Made by a program: the position numbers and the translations under genes. Shown here piece by piece: positions 12,231-25,464 of a DNA stretch of 64,000 bases. The notes beneath the pieces were generated by a model that was given only the letters and a program-made list of their open reading frames with translations, made no database searches and was not told the origin of the DNA. Source of the stretch: Heterodontus francisci. Taxonomy: Eukaryota. The stretch covers positions 5,743,492 through 5,807,491 of the forward strand of contig NC_090418.1 in assembly GCF_036365525.1 (NCBI RefSeq), read 5' to 3'. Every line of letters starts with the position of its first letter. The stretch's first letter is position 1.

Positions 12231-13740
12231 CCCCCTTCCCCATCCTCTTCCCCCCTTCCCATCCTCTTCCCCCCCTTCCCCATCCTCTTCCCCCCTTCCC
12301 CATCCTCTTCCCCCCTTCCCCATCCTCTTCCCCCTTCCCCATCCTCTTCCCCCCTTCCCCATCCTCTTCCCCCCTTCCCCATCCTCTTCCCCCCTTCCCC
12401 ATCCTCTTCCCCCCCTTCCCCATCCTCTTCCCCCCCTTCCCCATCCTCTTCCCCCCTTCCCCATCCTCTTCCCCCCTTCCCCATCCTCTTCCCCCCTTCC
12501 CCATCCTCTTCCCCCCTTCCCCATCCTCTTCCCCCCTTCCCCATCCTCTTCCCCCCTTCCCCATCCTCTTCCCCCCCTTCCCCATCCTCTTCCCCCCTTC
12601 CCCATCCTCTTCCCCCCTTCCCCATCCTCTTCCCCCCTTCCCCATCCTCTTCCCCCCTTCCCCATCCTCTTCCCCCCTTCCCCATCCTCTTCCCCCCTTC
12701 CCCCCATCCTCTTCCCCCCTTCCCCCCATCCTCTTCCCCCCCCCTTCCCCCCATCCTCTTCCCCCCCCTTCCCCCCATCCTCTTCCCCCCCCCTTCCCCC
12801 CATCCTCTTCCCCCCCCCTTCCCCCCATCCTCTCCCCCCCCTTCCCCCCATCCTCTCCCCCCCCTTCCCCCCATCCTCTCCCCCCCCTTCCCCCCATCCT
12901 CTCCCCCCCCTTCCCCCATCCTCTCCCCCCCCTTCCCCCCATCCTCTCCCCCCCCCTTCCCCCCATCCTCTCCCCCCCCCCTTCCCCCCATCCTCTTCCC
13001 CCCCCTTCCCCCCATCCTCTTCCCCCCCTTCCCCCCATCCTCTTCCCCCCCTTCCCCCCATCCTCTTCCCCCCCTTCCCCCCATCCTCTTCCCCCCCCCT
13101 TTCCCCCCCCTCCCCCTTTCCCCCCCCTCCCCCTTCCCCCCCCTCCCCCTTCCCCCCCCTCCCCCTTTCCCCCCCTCCCCCTTCCCCCCCTCCCCCTTTC
13201 CCCCCCTCCCCCTTTCCCCCCTCCCCCTTTCCCCCCCTCCCCCTTTCCCCCTTTCCCCCCCTCCCCCTTTCCCCCCCTCCCCCTTTCCCCCCCTCCCCCT
13301 TTCCCCCCCCTCCCCCTTTCCCCCCCCTCCCCCTTTCCCCCCCCTCCCCCTTCCCCCCCCCTCCCCCTTTCCCCCCCCTCCCCCTTTCCCCCCCTCCCCC
13401 TTTCCCCCCCTCCCCCTTTCCCCCCCCTCCCCCTTTCCCCCCCTCCCCCTTTCCCCCCCTCCCCCTTTCCCCCCTCCCCCTTTCCCCCCCTCCCCCTTTC
13501 CCCCCCCTCCCCCTTTCCCCCCCCTCCCCCTTTCCCCCCCTCCCCCTTTCCCCCCCTCCCCCTTTCCCCCCCCCTCCCCCTTTCCCCCCCCTCCCCCTTC
13601 CCCCCCCTCCCCCTTCCCCCCCCCTCCTCCTTTCCCCCCCCTCCCCCTTTCCCCCCCCCTCCTCCTTTCCCCCCCCCCTCCCCCTTTCCCCCCCCCTCCC
13701 CCTTTCTCCCCTCCCCTCCCCCTTTCCCCTCCCCCCCTTT
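12231..13740. repeat. C-rich minisatellite, 20-bp unit CCCCATCCTCTTCCCCCCTT decaying to pure C/T runs
   Basis: Direct reading; period of 20 is clear at 12481-12560. Confidence 0.95.
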
Positions 13741-13872
13741 TAGGCTTGTGGGAGGAAACCGGAGCACCCGGAGAAAACCCACGCAGACACAGGGAGAACT
13801 TGCAAACTCCACACAGGCAGTACCCAGAATTGAACCCGGGTCCCTGGAGCTGTGAGGCTGCAGTGCTAACCA
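13741..13872 (-). mobile_element. Truncated HE1-type V-SINE
   Basis: Reverse complement of about 10420-10553 with few mismatches. Confidence 0.85.
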
Positions 13873-14757
13873 TTGTTGGTGATTGGGGCATCGTTAGAAG
13901 CCTAGCTCCCACAGCAGTGAGATAAACAGCAAAATCTACAATAAAACCCTGAAATGTGCAGCGGCCTAGGCAGAGTTGGAAAGAGGAACTGGTTACAGCT
14001 TGGGTGGGAAGCCCTTCCATCCTCCATATTAATGCAGCATTAGTTCATTCTCATTTCTCGTCAATTGAGAGTGAAAGACTAAACACAGCGCTGTAAATAT
14101 ACACATTCCCTGGCGGTTACTCGTTAATCCTTTAGTCCACTGGAGTCTCTGCAAAGTAAATTTTTTCCTAATGTGCAGTCAAGGAGCTGTGGATTTCACA
14201 TTTGACAGCTGGCCCTGGGAGCCTGACTAACTGAGCAGAGAGTCTAACTTTATTTGTTATGACTGATCCTTTTACCAACTTCTGCCAATCCAACAACAGC
14301 AGTTTGTATTTATCTAGCACCATTGAAGTAATAGAACAGCCTAAAAATTTGACACCAAGCCACATAAGGCGATATGGGGGCAGAATATCAAAAGCTTAGT
14401 CCAAAGAGGGATGTTTTAAGCAGCATGTTCGGAGAGAGAGGTGGAAAGGTTTAGGGAGGGAATTCCCGAGCTTTCAGACCTTGGCAGCCCTTTGGCATGG
14501 GCGCCAGTGGTGGATTAGTGCAGAATGAGGCCATTTGGCCCATCACACCTATGCTGGCTCTTTTGTAGAACAATCCAGTTCGTTCCAGACCTTTGCCCTT
14601 TTCCTATATCCCTGCAAATTTTCCCCTTCAAGTATTTATCCAATTCCCTTTTGAAGGTTACTATTGAATCTGTATCCACTATTTTGTTGGGCAGTGCATT
14701 CCAAACCCAATTGTGTAAAAAAAAAAGTTTTTCCCTCATGCCATCCGGTTATCAATC

Positions 14758-15150
14758 GGTGGCGTAGTGGTAATGTCACCGGACTAGTAATCCTGAGGCC
14801 TGGGCTAAAGCCCTGGGGACACGGGTTCAAATCCCCCCTCAGCGGCTGGTGGAATTGACCTTAAATTAATTAAAATCTGGAGTTGAAAGCTCATCTCAGT
14901 TTCGGGGCACCATTACTATCAGCGTTTGTCGTAAAAGTCCATCTGGTTCACTCATGTCCTTTAGAGAAGGAAATCTGCCGTCCTTACCTGGTCTGGCCTA
15001 CATGTGACTCCAGACCCACAGCAACATGGTTGACTCTTAACTGCCCTCTGAAATGGCCAAGCTAGCCACTCAGACCGAGGGCAATTAGGGATGGGCAACA
15101 AATGCTGGTCTGTCAGTGACGCCCACATCCCAAGACAGAATTTTTAAAAA
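14758..15150 (+). mobile_element. tRNA-derived SINE, probably MetaSINE-type, inserted into a CR1 fragment
   Basis: A/B boxes (ggtggcgtagtgg, ggttcaaatcc), central ctggttcactcatgtcctttagagaaggaaatctgcc domain and LINE-like tail; several copies in the window. Confidence 0.7.
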
Positions 15151-15358
15151 ACCCTTTTACTGTTGAAAATAGTTTCTCTTTACTTACTCTATCTAAACCC
15201 TTTGTGATTTTAAGCATCTCTGCCAAATCTCCTCTTAACATTCTCTATTCTCGGGAGGTCAGTGATGCCCTTGGTGCAAGATTGACTTTCACCTGTCAAC
15301 TTGAGAAAAAAAACAGACTTGGAAACAATTGGTGTCTTTTTTTTTAGTAGCTTGCATG

Positions 15359-15599
15359 CAGGGTCGCCAACTCTCCAAGACTTTCCGGGAACCTCCATAA
15401 GTTAAAGATTAAACTCCTGACCAGGAGAAAAATCATTGGGTGTTGAAGGAAGATAGGGTGTGTGTGTGTGTTATTTCATTTTCTTCAAACACTTTTTTTG
15501 TCTATTAATAATATTGGGGGTGGGAATCTGACTGGGCCAAAGCTGGAGGCATTGTGATAGAGCCTCCAGGGGTACGTCCAACTGGAGTTGGCAACCCTA
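15359..15599. mobile_element. Non-autonomous DNA transposon (MITE, hAT-like TIRs)
   Basis: Terminal inverted repeats agggtcgccaactc / gagttggcaaccct; second copy at 25465-25705. Confidence 0.65.
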
Positions 15600-15629
15600 A
15601 TTCCAGGGTGATGCTCTGCAAGTGTTTAA

Positions 15630-16165
15630 GATTATCAAAGTGTGGGACAGGTTTGATAGATGGCAGACTGTTACCCGTGGCTGAGTGGTCCAGCACAAGG
15701 GGCCATCGACACCAAGAATGGAGAATTTTAGCTATGAGGAAAGATTGGATAGGCTGGGGTTGTCCTCTTTGGAACAGAGGAGTCTGCGGGGCGATTTAAT
15801 TGAGGTGTATAAAATTATGAGGGGCTTGGATAGAGTGGATAGGAAGGACCTATTTCCCTCAGCAGAGGGATCTATAACTGGGGACATAGATTTCAAGTAA
15901 TTGGTGGAAGGATTAGAGGTGGGGGTAGTGGCCTTGAGTAATTTTTTTCACTCAGAGGGATACTGGACTTGCTGCCTGAGAGGGTGGTAGAGGCAGACAC
16001 CATCATCACATTTAAAAAGTACTTGGATATGCACTTGAAGTGCCCTAGCCTACAGGGCAATGAACCAAGAAGTGGAAAGTAGGGTTAGGCTGGATGGCAC
16101 TTTTCGACCAGTGCGGACGCAATGGGCCGAATGGCTTCCTTTTCTGCCGTAAATGTCTGATTCTC
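15630..16165 (+). mobile_element. CR1 3' fragments
   Basis: FSYEERLDRLGLSSLEQRSLRGDLIEVYKIMRGLDRVD. Confidence 0.8.
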
Positions 16166-16384
16166 CCACGTATTAACTTGCCTCAGCTGGTAGCTTTCGG
16201 ATTCTGAATATTGTGGGTTTAAACCCCACTCCAGGATCTAAGCCAATCATTTAAGGATGATGCTTCAGTACAGAGTACACTCTCGGGCATTATATTGAGA
16301 GACTGAATGCCTGCCTCTGATAGCTTACATGGGCTTTAAGGTGGCTTTCGAACAAGAGCAGAAAATTCTCATCAACCAAGAAAA

Positions 16385-16995
16385 GAGAAAGAACTTGTAT
16401 TTATTTAGAGCCTTTCATGACCTTGGCACGTTCCAAAGTACTTTTCAATGGGATCACCTGTCATTCTTGTAAAGTCTAAGAGGACTTGACGGGGTAGATG
16501 CAGAGAGGCTCTTTCCCCTTGGCTGGAGAGTCTAGAACTGGAGAGCATAGTCTCAGGATTTAGAACTGAACTGAGGAGGAATTCCTTCATTCAGAATCTT
16601 TGGAATTCTCTACCCTGGAGAGCTGTGGGTGCTCAGTCGTTGAGTATATTCAAGACTTGAGATTGATAGATTTCTGGACACAAAGGGAACTGAGGAATAT
16701 GGGGATAGGGCGGGAAAGTGGACTTGAGTGACGGAGCGGGCTTGAAGGGCCAAATGGTCTACTCCAGCTCCTATTTCTTATGTTCATGCACCCAATGAAG
16801 TATTTATGAAGTGTAGTCACTGTTGTAATGTAGGAAACGGTGCAGGCTCCCACAAACAGCAATTTTACAACAACCAGATAATTTTTTTTAATAGATGTTG
16901 GTTGAGGGATAAATATTGGCCAGGACACCAGTGAGAACTCCCCAGCTCTTCAAAACATTGCCATGGGGTCTTTGACATCCATCTCCGACATTAAC
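16385..16995 (-). mobile_element. Deu-domain SINE (SacSINE1/AmnSINE1-like) interrupted by a + strand CR1 3' end (about 16465-16785)
   Basis: The reverse Deu-domain (ggataaatattggccaggacacc...gccatgggg) and its tail are split around CR1 sequence. Confidence 0.65.
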
Positions 16996-17936
16996 TGACC
17001 ATCGTATTTTCTGAATATTGGGACCAAACCCTGCCCAAAGTGTAGCTGTGTTTACCTATAGGACAACACTGATTGCACTTGATAGGAATTCCTTTTGAAG
17101 TGGCTTCCTTTGGGACATGGCTAAGAGATGTGGTAATGGAAATGGAAATTCCTTCTTTTCCCCACCTCTCTCTCTCTCTCTCCGTTTTCCCCCCCCCACC
17201 CCCGTCCCTGCTCGCTGCTTGGATATATTTGAGCCTCTTCAAAATATTTACTGTCTCATTCTGTTTAGCACTCTGATCTTAGATTATTAAACAGTCTGGT
17301 TGTTGAATAAATACTTAATACGATGGGGTTCTGTGTATTTTACTGGGAATTTTGAATTTGGGCAGATAAAAGTATGTGATGGACTGATTGAAGAGCTCAC
17401 CCAGGCTTAAATGTATAAATGGCTATCAGTGAAATGGAAGATAGCAGTGCAGTCAAAGTTGTGGACAAGCAAAATGATTTGCATCTCTTGAGTTTTATGA
17501 GATTTTCTCAGAGTTCTCCAGTATATATAATGCTTAAAGCGAAAAGGCATTGTTTGACATATTCAGTCAATGTCTTCAGCAGACCTGGAAGGTTACCAAC
17601 ACACTCTTAGTCAGTCTTCCTCTTTGCACTTCCCGTAAATTTCAGCTCATCCATACCCTGCTGCCCATGTCCTAGCTCACACCAAGTCCTGTTCAGAATT
17701 GGATCCTGAGGTATGGTGGCAGGAAGGTGAAGAGTGTCCTCATGAATGGGCCGGGGGTGGGGGGGAAGAGAATGTCCCTTTGTGAGTGGGGCAGTTGAGC
17801 AGGGGGAGCAGTGAGCTAAGAGGGAGAAGAGTCCCCCAGTGAGTGGGAGGAAAGCAACGCGGAGTAGAGGTAAAAAGCTGAGCAGAATGATGGAGAGAAT
17901 TCTTTGCATTGTAACGAATGTTTGTTTCTCACGTAA

Positions 17937-18620
17937 ATTAGAATTAGAACATTACAGCGCAGTACAGGCCCTTCGGCCCTCGATGTTGCGCCGACCTGTG
18001 AAACCATCTGACCTACACTATTCCATTTTCATCCATATGTCTATCCAATGACCACTTAAATGCCCTTAAAGTTGGCGAGTCTACTACTGTTGCAGGCAGG
18101 GCGTTCCACGCCCCTACTACTCTCTGAGTAAAGAAACTACCTCTAACATCTGTCCTATATCTATCACCCCTCAACTTAAAGCTATGTCCCCTCGTGTTTG
18201 CCATCACCATCCGAGGAAAAAGACTCTCACTATCCACCCTATCTAACCCTCTGATTATCTTATATGTCTCTATTAAGTCACCTCTCCTCCTCCTCCTCCT
18301 CTCCAACGAAAACAACCTCAAGTCCCTCAGCCTTTCCTCGTAAGACCTTCCCTCCATACCAGGCAACATCCTAGTAAATCTCCTCTGCACCCTTTCCATA
18401 GCTTCCACATCCTTCCTATAATGCGGTGACCAGAACTGCACGCAATACTCCAGGTGCGGTCTCACCAGACTTTTGTACAGCTGCAGCATGACCTCGTGGC
18501 TCCGAAACTCGATCCCCCTACTAATAAAAGCTAACACACCATATGCCTTCTTAACAGCCCTATTAACCTGGGTAGCAACTTTCAGGGATTTATGTACCTG
18601 GACACCAAGATCTCTCTGTC
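17937..18620 (-). mobile_element. Young 5'-truncated CR1 with open ORF2 C-terminus
   Basis: About 200 uninterrupted codons (QRDLGVQVHKSLK...RPHLEYCVQFWSP...FFTQRVVGAWNALP); (ttctaa)n tail. Confidence 0.9.
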
Positions 18621-18688
18621 TGAGAAGAATTACTTCGAGGTAAAAATCAATAGAAATTATTATAAGAGTGAGGAAGAATTTGGGGAGT

Positions 18689-18785
18689 GAAAACAAGAAA
18701 TGCTGGAAATACTCAGCAGGTCAGGCAGCATCTGTGGAGAAAGAAACAGAGTTAACGTTTCAGGTCAGTGACCTTTCATCTGAAA
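18689..18785 (-). mobile_element. Penelope-like element terminus with minimal hammerhead motif
   Basis: Minus strand reads CAGATGA-AAGGTCACTGACCT-GAAACGTTAACTCTG. Confidence 0.65.
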
Positions 18786-20257
18786 AAGGATGGAGGAACT
18801 CGGAAGGGGGCAGGGGAAATAAGCTTGTGCAAACCCAAAAGATCATAAAAGAATTTGAGTAATACACATCTATGAGAGAGTCGGATATCCTGGTTAATCA
18901 TTCTCTCTATCCAAGAGGTCCTAGTAAGGCGGTGTCTTGTTTACTCAGCTGCTGGTTCTCTGTAGGAACATGGGGCAGGACATTCAGCTCATCAAGCCTG
19001 TTCCACCATTTGATGACATCATGGCAGATCTGTGACCTAACTCCATATCCCTCTTTTACCCTTGGCTGGCAAAAATCTATCTGTGTCAGCTTTAAAATTA
19101 TTAATTGAGTTAGCAGCTGCTGCTTTTTTGTGGGAGAGTGTTCCACACTTCTATCACCCATTACGTGTTTCCTGAATGACCTGGCTGCAACGTTTAAGGT
19201 TATGTCCTCATGTTCTGTATGCCCCCATAGCACATGTTTCTAACTACTCTGTCACTTCCTTTCGAAATCCCCCTAACCAAACCTTTCCAAGGAATTCAAG
19301 CCTACTTTTTGTAATTTCTCCTCGTAATCTAACCCTCGCAGCCCTGATTCTGGTGAATCTGCACTGCACTCCCTCCAAGGACAACATATCCTTTCTGAGG
19401 TGCAGTGCCCAGAATTGTGCACAGTAATCCAGATGTGGTTGAACCACGACTTGTTATAACACCAATCTTTCTGTTAACAGATAATGGATATATAACTTGT
19501 GCTTTCTGAGTCATTAGATAACTGCAGCTTTGCAAATGGCCGCATTGTTGAAGTGCAAGTGATGGAATAGAAGAATGAGATGGGGTGAGATGATGAGGAG
19601 TGGGAGGTGGCTCGTGTGGCGCATAAACACCAGTATGGCCTCGTTGGGCCGAATGGCCTCTTTGTGACGTATGTGAACGATCTGTCCCGAGGGCTGTGTT
19701 ATGTCTAACATGCAAAAGATGGCTTACTGAGCGCAAATATGAGAAATAATTCACCAAGAAACCAGACACCACTTTGAAGGGTGTGTGGATTGCAGAATGA
19801 GTTCTGAAGAGTTCTTGATGAATCTCCTCTATCTTCTCTGGGCCCTGGGGGTATAAATATGTGCAGTGTTGCCCCGGGGCCTAGCCAGCGATTTTGTGGC
19901 GGCTTGGTGTGACTTTGCTGTTTTTGTATTCAATGCCTTTCTATTTATAACCCAGAGGGGGAGATGAGGATTTTTTTTAACGCAGTGAGTTGTTGTGATC
20001 TGGAATGCACTGCCTAAATCTTCCTAGCAGTTTGGATCGTGGCTCTCAAAAGGAAAACTGGATAAATAATTGAAAAGCAAAACTTTGCAGGGCTATGAGG
20101 AAAGAGCAGGGGAGTGGGACTAATTGGATTGTTCTTTCAAAGAGCTGGCACAGGAACAATGGGCCGAAAGAACCGAAAAGATGGCCAATCATTCTATGGG
20201 CACTGTTTTCCATGTTCCAGTGCCATTTTGAATAGAGGCAGCTTGAGGGAGCATCGT

Positions 20258-20628
20258 AGGTAGCTTAGTGATAATGTTGCTGGACTAATAATCCAGAGGC
20301 CTAGACTTGAGTTCAAATCCCACCACAGCAGGAATTTAAATTCAATTAATTAATAAATCTGGAATAAAATGCTCGTCTCATTAGTAATCATGAAACTACC
20401 GGACTGACGTAAAACCCCATCACTATGTTCTTCAGGGGAGGAAATCTGCTGTCTTTACCTGGTCTGGCCTACATATGCCCCCAGATCCACAGTGTTGTGG
20501 TTGACGCTTAGCTGCCCTCTGTAATGGCCTAGCAAGCCGCTCAGTTGTGGGGTCTTTTGGGATGGGCAATAAATGCTGGCCATACCAGTGTTGATCACAC
20601 TCCAAGAATGAATTTTTAAAAAAAAAAC
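20258..20628 (+). mobile_element. MetaSINE-type SINE copy
   Basis: Similar along its length to 14758-15150. Confidence 0.7.
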
Positions 20629-22304
20629 AAAGTTCTATCTTGCCCACAATAAACGAGAGCGAAATTGCCTGACCTCGCTGGTTCGTTTATCATGTCTGTT
20701 CATTGAGGCTTTTTTACAGACTGGATGAAAAGACAGTGGGTTGGGGGTTGGATTCCTGACTCTCTATCGACATCCTCCCCTAAATACCTGCCAAAGGCAG
20801 GCACGCCATGTCTGTGTTATCTCGGTATTTCAGACCCTTTTGCATGTTGTTGCCACGCACCGATAGATGCAGCATTTCTCTTGTCAATCCAGATCGTCTA
20901 AGCTTGTTGCGTTTTGTTGATGGATTCAAGAGGCTGGCAGGGAAATCCGGTTATTCCTTATACATCCTGCCCTGAGAGAGCCTCACTTCTGCAGCTGTGA
21001 TCGATCTGCCTTGTGTTGCAGTTCTGCAGTATGCGTCAAACGTCTGTGCCAACAATGAAGGCTGATTGATGGATGAACCCAGGAGTCAGTCATTCATAAT
21101 GTGGGGTTGCTACATCTTGGAGCCTTTCTAATGCACCACAACATGCCAGAAGCTGGCCAGTTCAAGAAACTTCAAAGCTGATAGTGTTCCAATGATGAAG
21201 CTGCTATAATATTCCCTGAAAACAGGAACAGGCTAGTGAAAGAAGCCCAATATAGGTGCAGAAACATCGAATAATTGGTGAATTTCCCTCCTCCCTGTAC
21301 ATGTGCCCAATTGGAGGGATTTATCCAATTTTATACCAGGTGAATGGCTCAAATTTTGGATGATTTGTGTGGTCATATAGAAATCAAATGGTCATATTGG
21401 AAAAATTAAATGCACCTCCCTTTGTAATTTATAAACAAAAAGGCAAGTTTCATTTATTTTGCACCTTAACAGTTCAATACTTTTTGGAGTGCAGTAACCA
21501 TTGCAATGTAGGCATTTTGTACCAGTGGTGGCCTGGTGATGGAACTGTTTTGGTATTGAGTGTGGGGAGGGAAGCGGGGGGTGGAGTGTTAGCCTGGACA
21601 CCAGGGGAATCTCGACTCTTTGAGTAGTGCCATGGGATTTTAGATGGGAAGACAGGGCCTCAGTTTAAAGTCTGGGCCAAAGGACAGCACCTTGATAATG
21701 CAGTCCTGCACTGGAATGCAGACATTGAAGACGCTGTCAGGCTCTGCTGCAGGACTCGACTTCACTACCTGTCATAACAGGTACTTTGTTGCCTGGGAAG
21801 TGCTTTGGGCCATCCTGAGGTTGTGAAAGTTGCTCTACAAATGCAAGTCCTCATTTCTTTTCCCTTGGAAGGCCGTTACTGAAGCAGTAGAGTTTTGATG
21901 ACCGCTTTCACGGTCACAGGTTTATAGCCATTCCTTCGATTTATTAAACTCCATTTCACAGCTAGCTATAGTGGGACCTGAACGCCCAACCCATTGGGTG
22001 GCCAGTCCAGTCCCGCAAGCACTACACTGTAACGTGGGGAGTGCAGGTTTTCTTCCTGGGGACTGTGCATGAATGATCGGGCACAGAAGGCGGCTTTTCG
22101 GCCCATTGCGTCTGTGTTGACTGTAAAGAGAAATCCAACTAGCCCCCTTCGTTCTTTCCCTTTAGCCCTGTAAATGTTTTCTACATCAGAATGTGTTTTA
22201 AGGATGCTTTGCCATGGGCTGAGTTGGCTGTTGACGTGCTCCTGACTGGCCCCACACGCCAGAATGTATCTCAGTGTTTCTGTTTTCTCTTTCTTGTTCT
22301 CCAG

Positions 22305-22400
22305 ACTGCAGTGGAGGAGCCGATCATTTCCAACGATGAAGTTATCTTCCCGCTTTCAGTGGCTCTGGACAAGCTACCAGTTGGGACAATAAAAGCGAAG
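22305..22400 (+). CDS. TRAPPC14: TRAPPC14 exon 2 (TAVEEPIISNDEVIFPLSVALDKLPVGTIKAK)
   Basis: Strong pyrimidine tract ending ttctccag at 22304; donor AAG|gtgaga; 96 nt, ends phase 0. Confidence 0.92.
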
Positions 22401-22499
22401 GTGAGAGACGAGCTATTTTGTGATCACGAGACTGTCACCGTTCAGAACCAGCCCCACTTGTGTCTCAAATGCAATCCTCAGAAATGTATCTCTCTCCGC

Positions 22500-23025
22500 T
22501 GAGATGCAGAAGTGATTTACATGAATGGTTTTGGGGATGAGGGACTTAAGTTACCAGGATAGATTGAAGAAACTGGTGTCGTTTCTTTTCGAGCCGAGAA
22601 GACTGAGAGGAGATTTGATGGACGTGTTCAAAATCATGAGGGGTCTGGCCAGAGTAGATAGAGAAGAAACTGTTCCCATTGGTGGAAGGGTTGAGAACCA
22701 GAGAACACCGATTTAACTTGTGGGGGAGACCAAAACTAGGGTCCATAAGTGTGAGGTAATCATTAATAAATCCAGTGGGGAATTCAGAAGAAACTTCTTT
22801 ACCCAGAGAGTGGTGAGAATGTGGAACTCACTACCACAGGGAGTGGTTGAGGTGAACAGTGTAGATACATTTAAGAGGAAGCTGGATAAGCACGAGGGAG
22901 AAAGGAATAGAAGGATATGTTGATGGGGTGAGATGCAGAGAGGTGGGAGGAGGCTCGTGTGGAGCATAAACACCAGCATGGACTAGTTGGGCTGAATGGC
23001 CTGTTTCTCTGCTGTAAATTCGTTG
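22500..23025 (+). mobile_element. CR1 3' fragments
   Basis: RRLRGDLMDVFKIMRGL and FRRNFFTQRVVRMWNSLPQGVVEV. Confidence 0.8.
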
Positions 23026-24629
23026 TATGTAAGCAGCTGATTACTGGATGGAAACCATGCACCAGAAAGCTTTTTATTTTCTGCTCCCCAAGCTGTCAGA
23101 GCCGTTGAGCACGTCCTCGAGATTATTTATCCATTTTAATTGTGCAGTGGGTCCTGAGTTACTTTGCGCAAAATGTGCCAGGACTCTGCCTGCGGCTGCC
23201 TGAAATATTAACCTGTCAACTCACGAATGCGGGACATAATAATCAGGTTGGCTGCCTCCAGTAATTTAGAGACGGAAACTCAAACAGATGTGAGGATTTA
23301 GTGCTGAGATTTCCAAAGCAAAGCTGTCACTTGGAAAAGCAGCAGAGCCTCATTATGCAGCCGCAAAGATCTGGGCATATGGAGTGATTGACTGAATAAG
23401 CTGTTGTATGAAAGCCTGCTCATTATAATCCTTGTTCTTTGATCTTATTTAACTTTGATTTCCGTCTGATTTTAATACCATTTTTAATACGCCACCCCCT
23501 CGTAACCTTAATGGATTTGAACTGCTAATCCTTTCTTCAGTGTCATTAATTCCCTCAGTAAGTCAGAGTCATCCAGGGCATGCTGATTGCAGGCACAATC
23601 CGTGTCAATTATTGCTCACTATACACGTTGAAAATGTACAGCACAGAAGGAGGCAATTCGTGACTGCGCTGGTCAAAAAAACAGCTATCAGCCCTGTAGC
23701 TTACAGTATCTCAAGTGCATATCCAAGTATTTCGTAAATGCGATGAGGGTTTCTACCTCTGCCACCCTTTCAGGCAGTGAGTTCCAGACCCGAACCATCC
23801 TCTGGGTGGAAAGATTCCTCAAGTCCGCTTTAATCCTTCCACCAGTTACTTTAAATCAATGTCCCCTGGCTGTTGACCCCTTCGCTAAGTGGAGTTTAAA
23901 TGCAGATACACCATAATCTAATTGAATGGTGGAACAGACTCGAGGGGCAGAAAGGCCTATTCCTGTTCTTATGAAGTACGGGTAGGGATAAATATAGAAG
24001 GGGGAGTGATGGTTGGCAAGGATAGGTTGGATGAGGAGGAGTAGCAGGGGAGTGTCTGAAAGTGAAGAGACTGCAAGGAAAAAGTGTAACAGGAGGTAAA
24101 ATCCATTTTTGCAAAGCAGAATGGAAACTATTTCATTGACAAAGTGTTTGGAGGTGAATATACATCTCCGATAGAACTTGCATATTTGCTCTTGATGTTG
24201 GAGAATTGAGAACATGGATGTACTAAGTCAGGCATTGGAAATCTGTTGCAGCTCAATCATCTGGTTTACCAGCTAACTAGGGAGGAATGCAAGCTGAAAT
24301 AATTTGTGATTTTCTCTCCGGGTTACATTGAAGATGTTAGTGTTTGCAAGTTTGAAATTATCTGCATCGATTCCCGAATCCCCCAAATGGCCATGCCACA
24401 TATTTAAGCGATTGAAATCCATGTTAAATTACCAAATGTGGGTAATCTTCCCACAAACTTGGTGCTACTGTTACGACCAAGGCGAGAGTAATGCACTGTT
24501 AATTCAGTCCCACTACTCCACAGGTCATAGCATATCAAAAAAAGTTTCCACCTACCAAAGAATAACCAAATGGAACTATAGAACCATAGAAAGATTACAG
24601 CATAGAAGGAGGCCATTCAGCAGTGGGTA

Positions 24630-24925
24630 GGCACAGTAGAAACAAACTAAAATAAAATAAACACAAAGAAAAAATAACTTAAAAATAAAAAGGGGGGGGT
24701 CTGTCATGCTCTGAAATTATTGAACTCAATGTTCAGTCTGGCAGGCTGTAGCGTGCCTAATCGACAAATGAGGTGCTGTTCCTCGAGCTTGCGTTGATGT
24801 TCACTGGAACACTGCAGCAATCCCAGGACAGAGATGTGAGCATGACAGCAGGGGGGAGTGTTAAAATGGCCAGCAACTGGAAGCTCAGGGTCACGCTTTC
24901 AGACTGAGTGGAGGTGCTCCGCAGA
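24630..24925 (-). mobile_element. Penelope-like element, C-terminal GIY-YIG endonuclease region (one stop)
   Basis: Hand translation: AEHLHSV*KRDPELPVAGHFNTPPCCHAHISVLGLLQCSSEHQRKLEEQHLICRLGTLQPARLNIEFNNFRA*. Confidence 0.8.
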
Positions 24926-24929
24926 AACT

Positions 24930-25432
24930 GAATTGTGTTGTGCGCAGGAAGGATGTGAAGGTCTGTGTGAGAGGGGACAGAGGAGATTTGCCAGAATGGA
25001 TCCAGGGGTGAGGGATTTTAGCTACAAGGTTAGGTTGGAGAAGCTGGGTTTGTTCTCCTTGGAGCAAAGGAGATTGAGGGGAGATTTGATAGAGGGTGTA
25101 CAAGATTATGACAGGTTTAGATAAGGTAGACAAAGAAAAGCTGTTCCCGTTAGCTCATGGTACAAGGGGTAGGGGTGACAGATGTGAGGTTTTGGACAAG
25201 AGATCAAGGGGGAATGTGAAGAACTTTTTTTGTGCAGTGAGTGGTAATGATCTGCAAAACTCTGCCTACAAGGAGGTGAAAGCGGAGAGAGTCAATGATT
25301 TCAAAAGGAAATTGGATGGGCTTATGCGGACGGAGTGGGGGCATGGGACTGATTGGCTTCCTCTACTGAGAGCCGGCATGGACTCGATGGGCCGAATACC
25401 TCCTCCCAGGCTGTGATGACTGTACAACTCTA
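24930..25432 (+). mobile_element. CR1 3' fragment
   Basis: QRRFARMDPGVRDFSYKVRLEKLGLFSLEQRRLRGDLIE. Confidence 0.8.
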
Positions 25433-25464
25433 TGCTCATTTCCATTGAATATTGCATCCTCGTT

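Noticed and set aside
11998-14020. Long Pro-rich and Gly-rich ORFs (extensin- or formin-like)
   Set aside because: Low-complexity C/T repeat that cannot contain stops, read through an N gap.
1-22304. TRAPPC14 exon 1 or promoter
   Set aside because: No ORF resembling the family N-terminus and no CpG-island-like segment found; probably upstream of the window.
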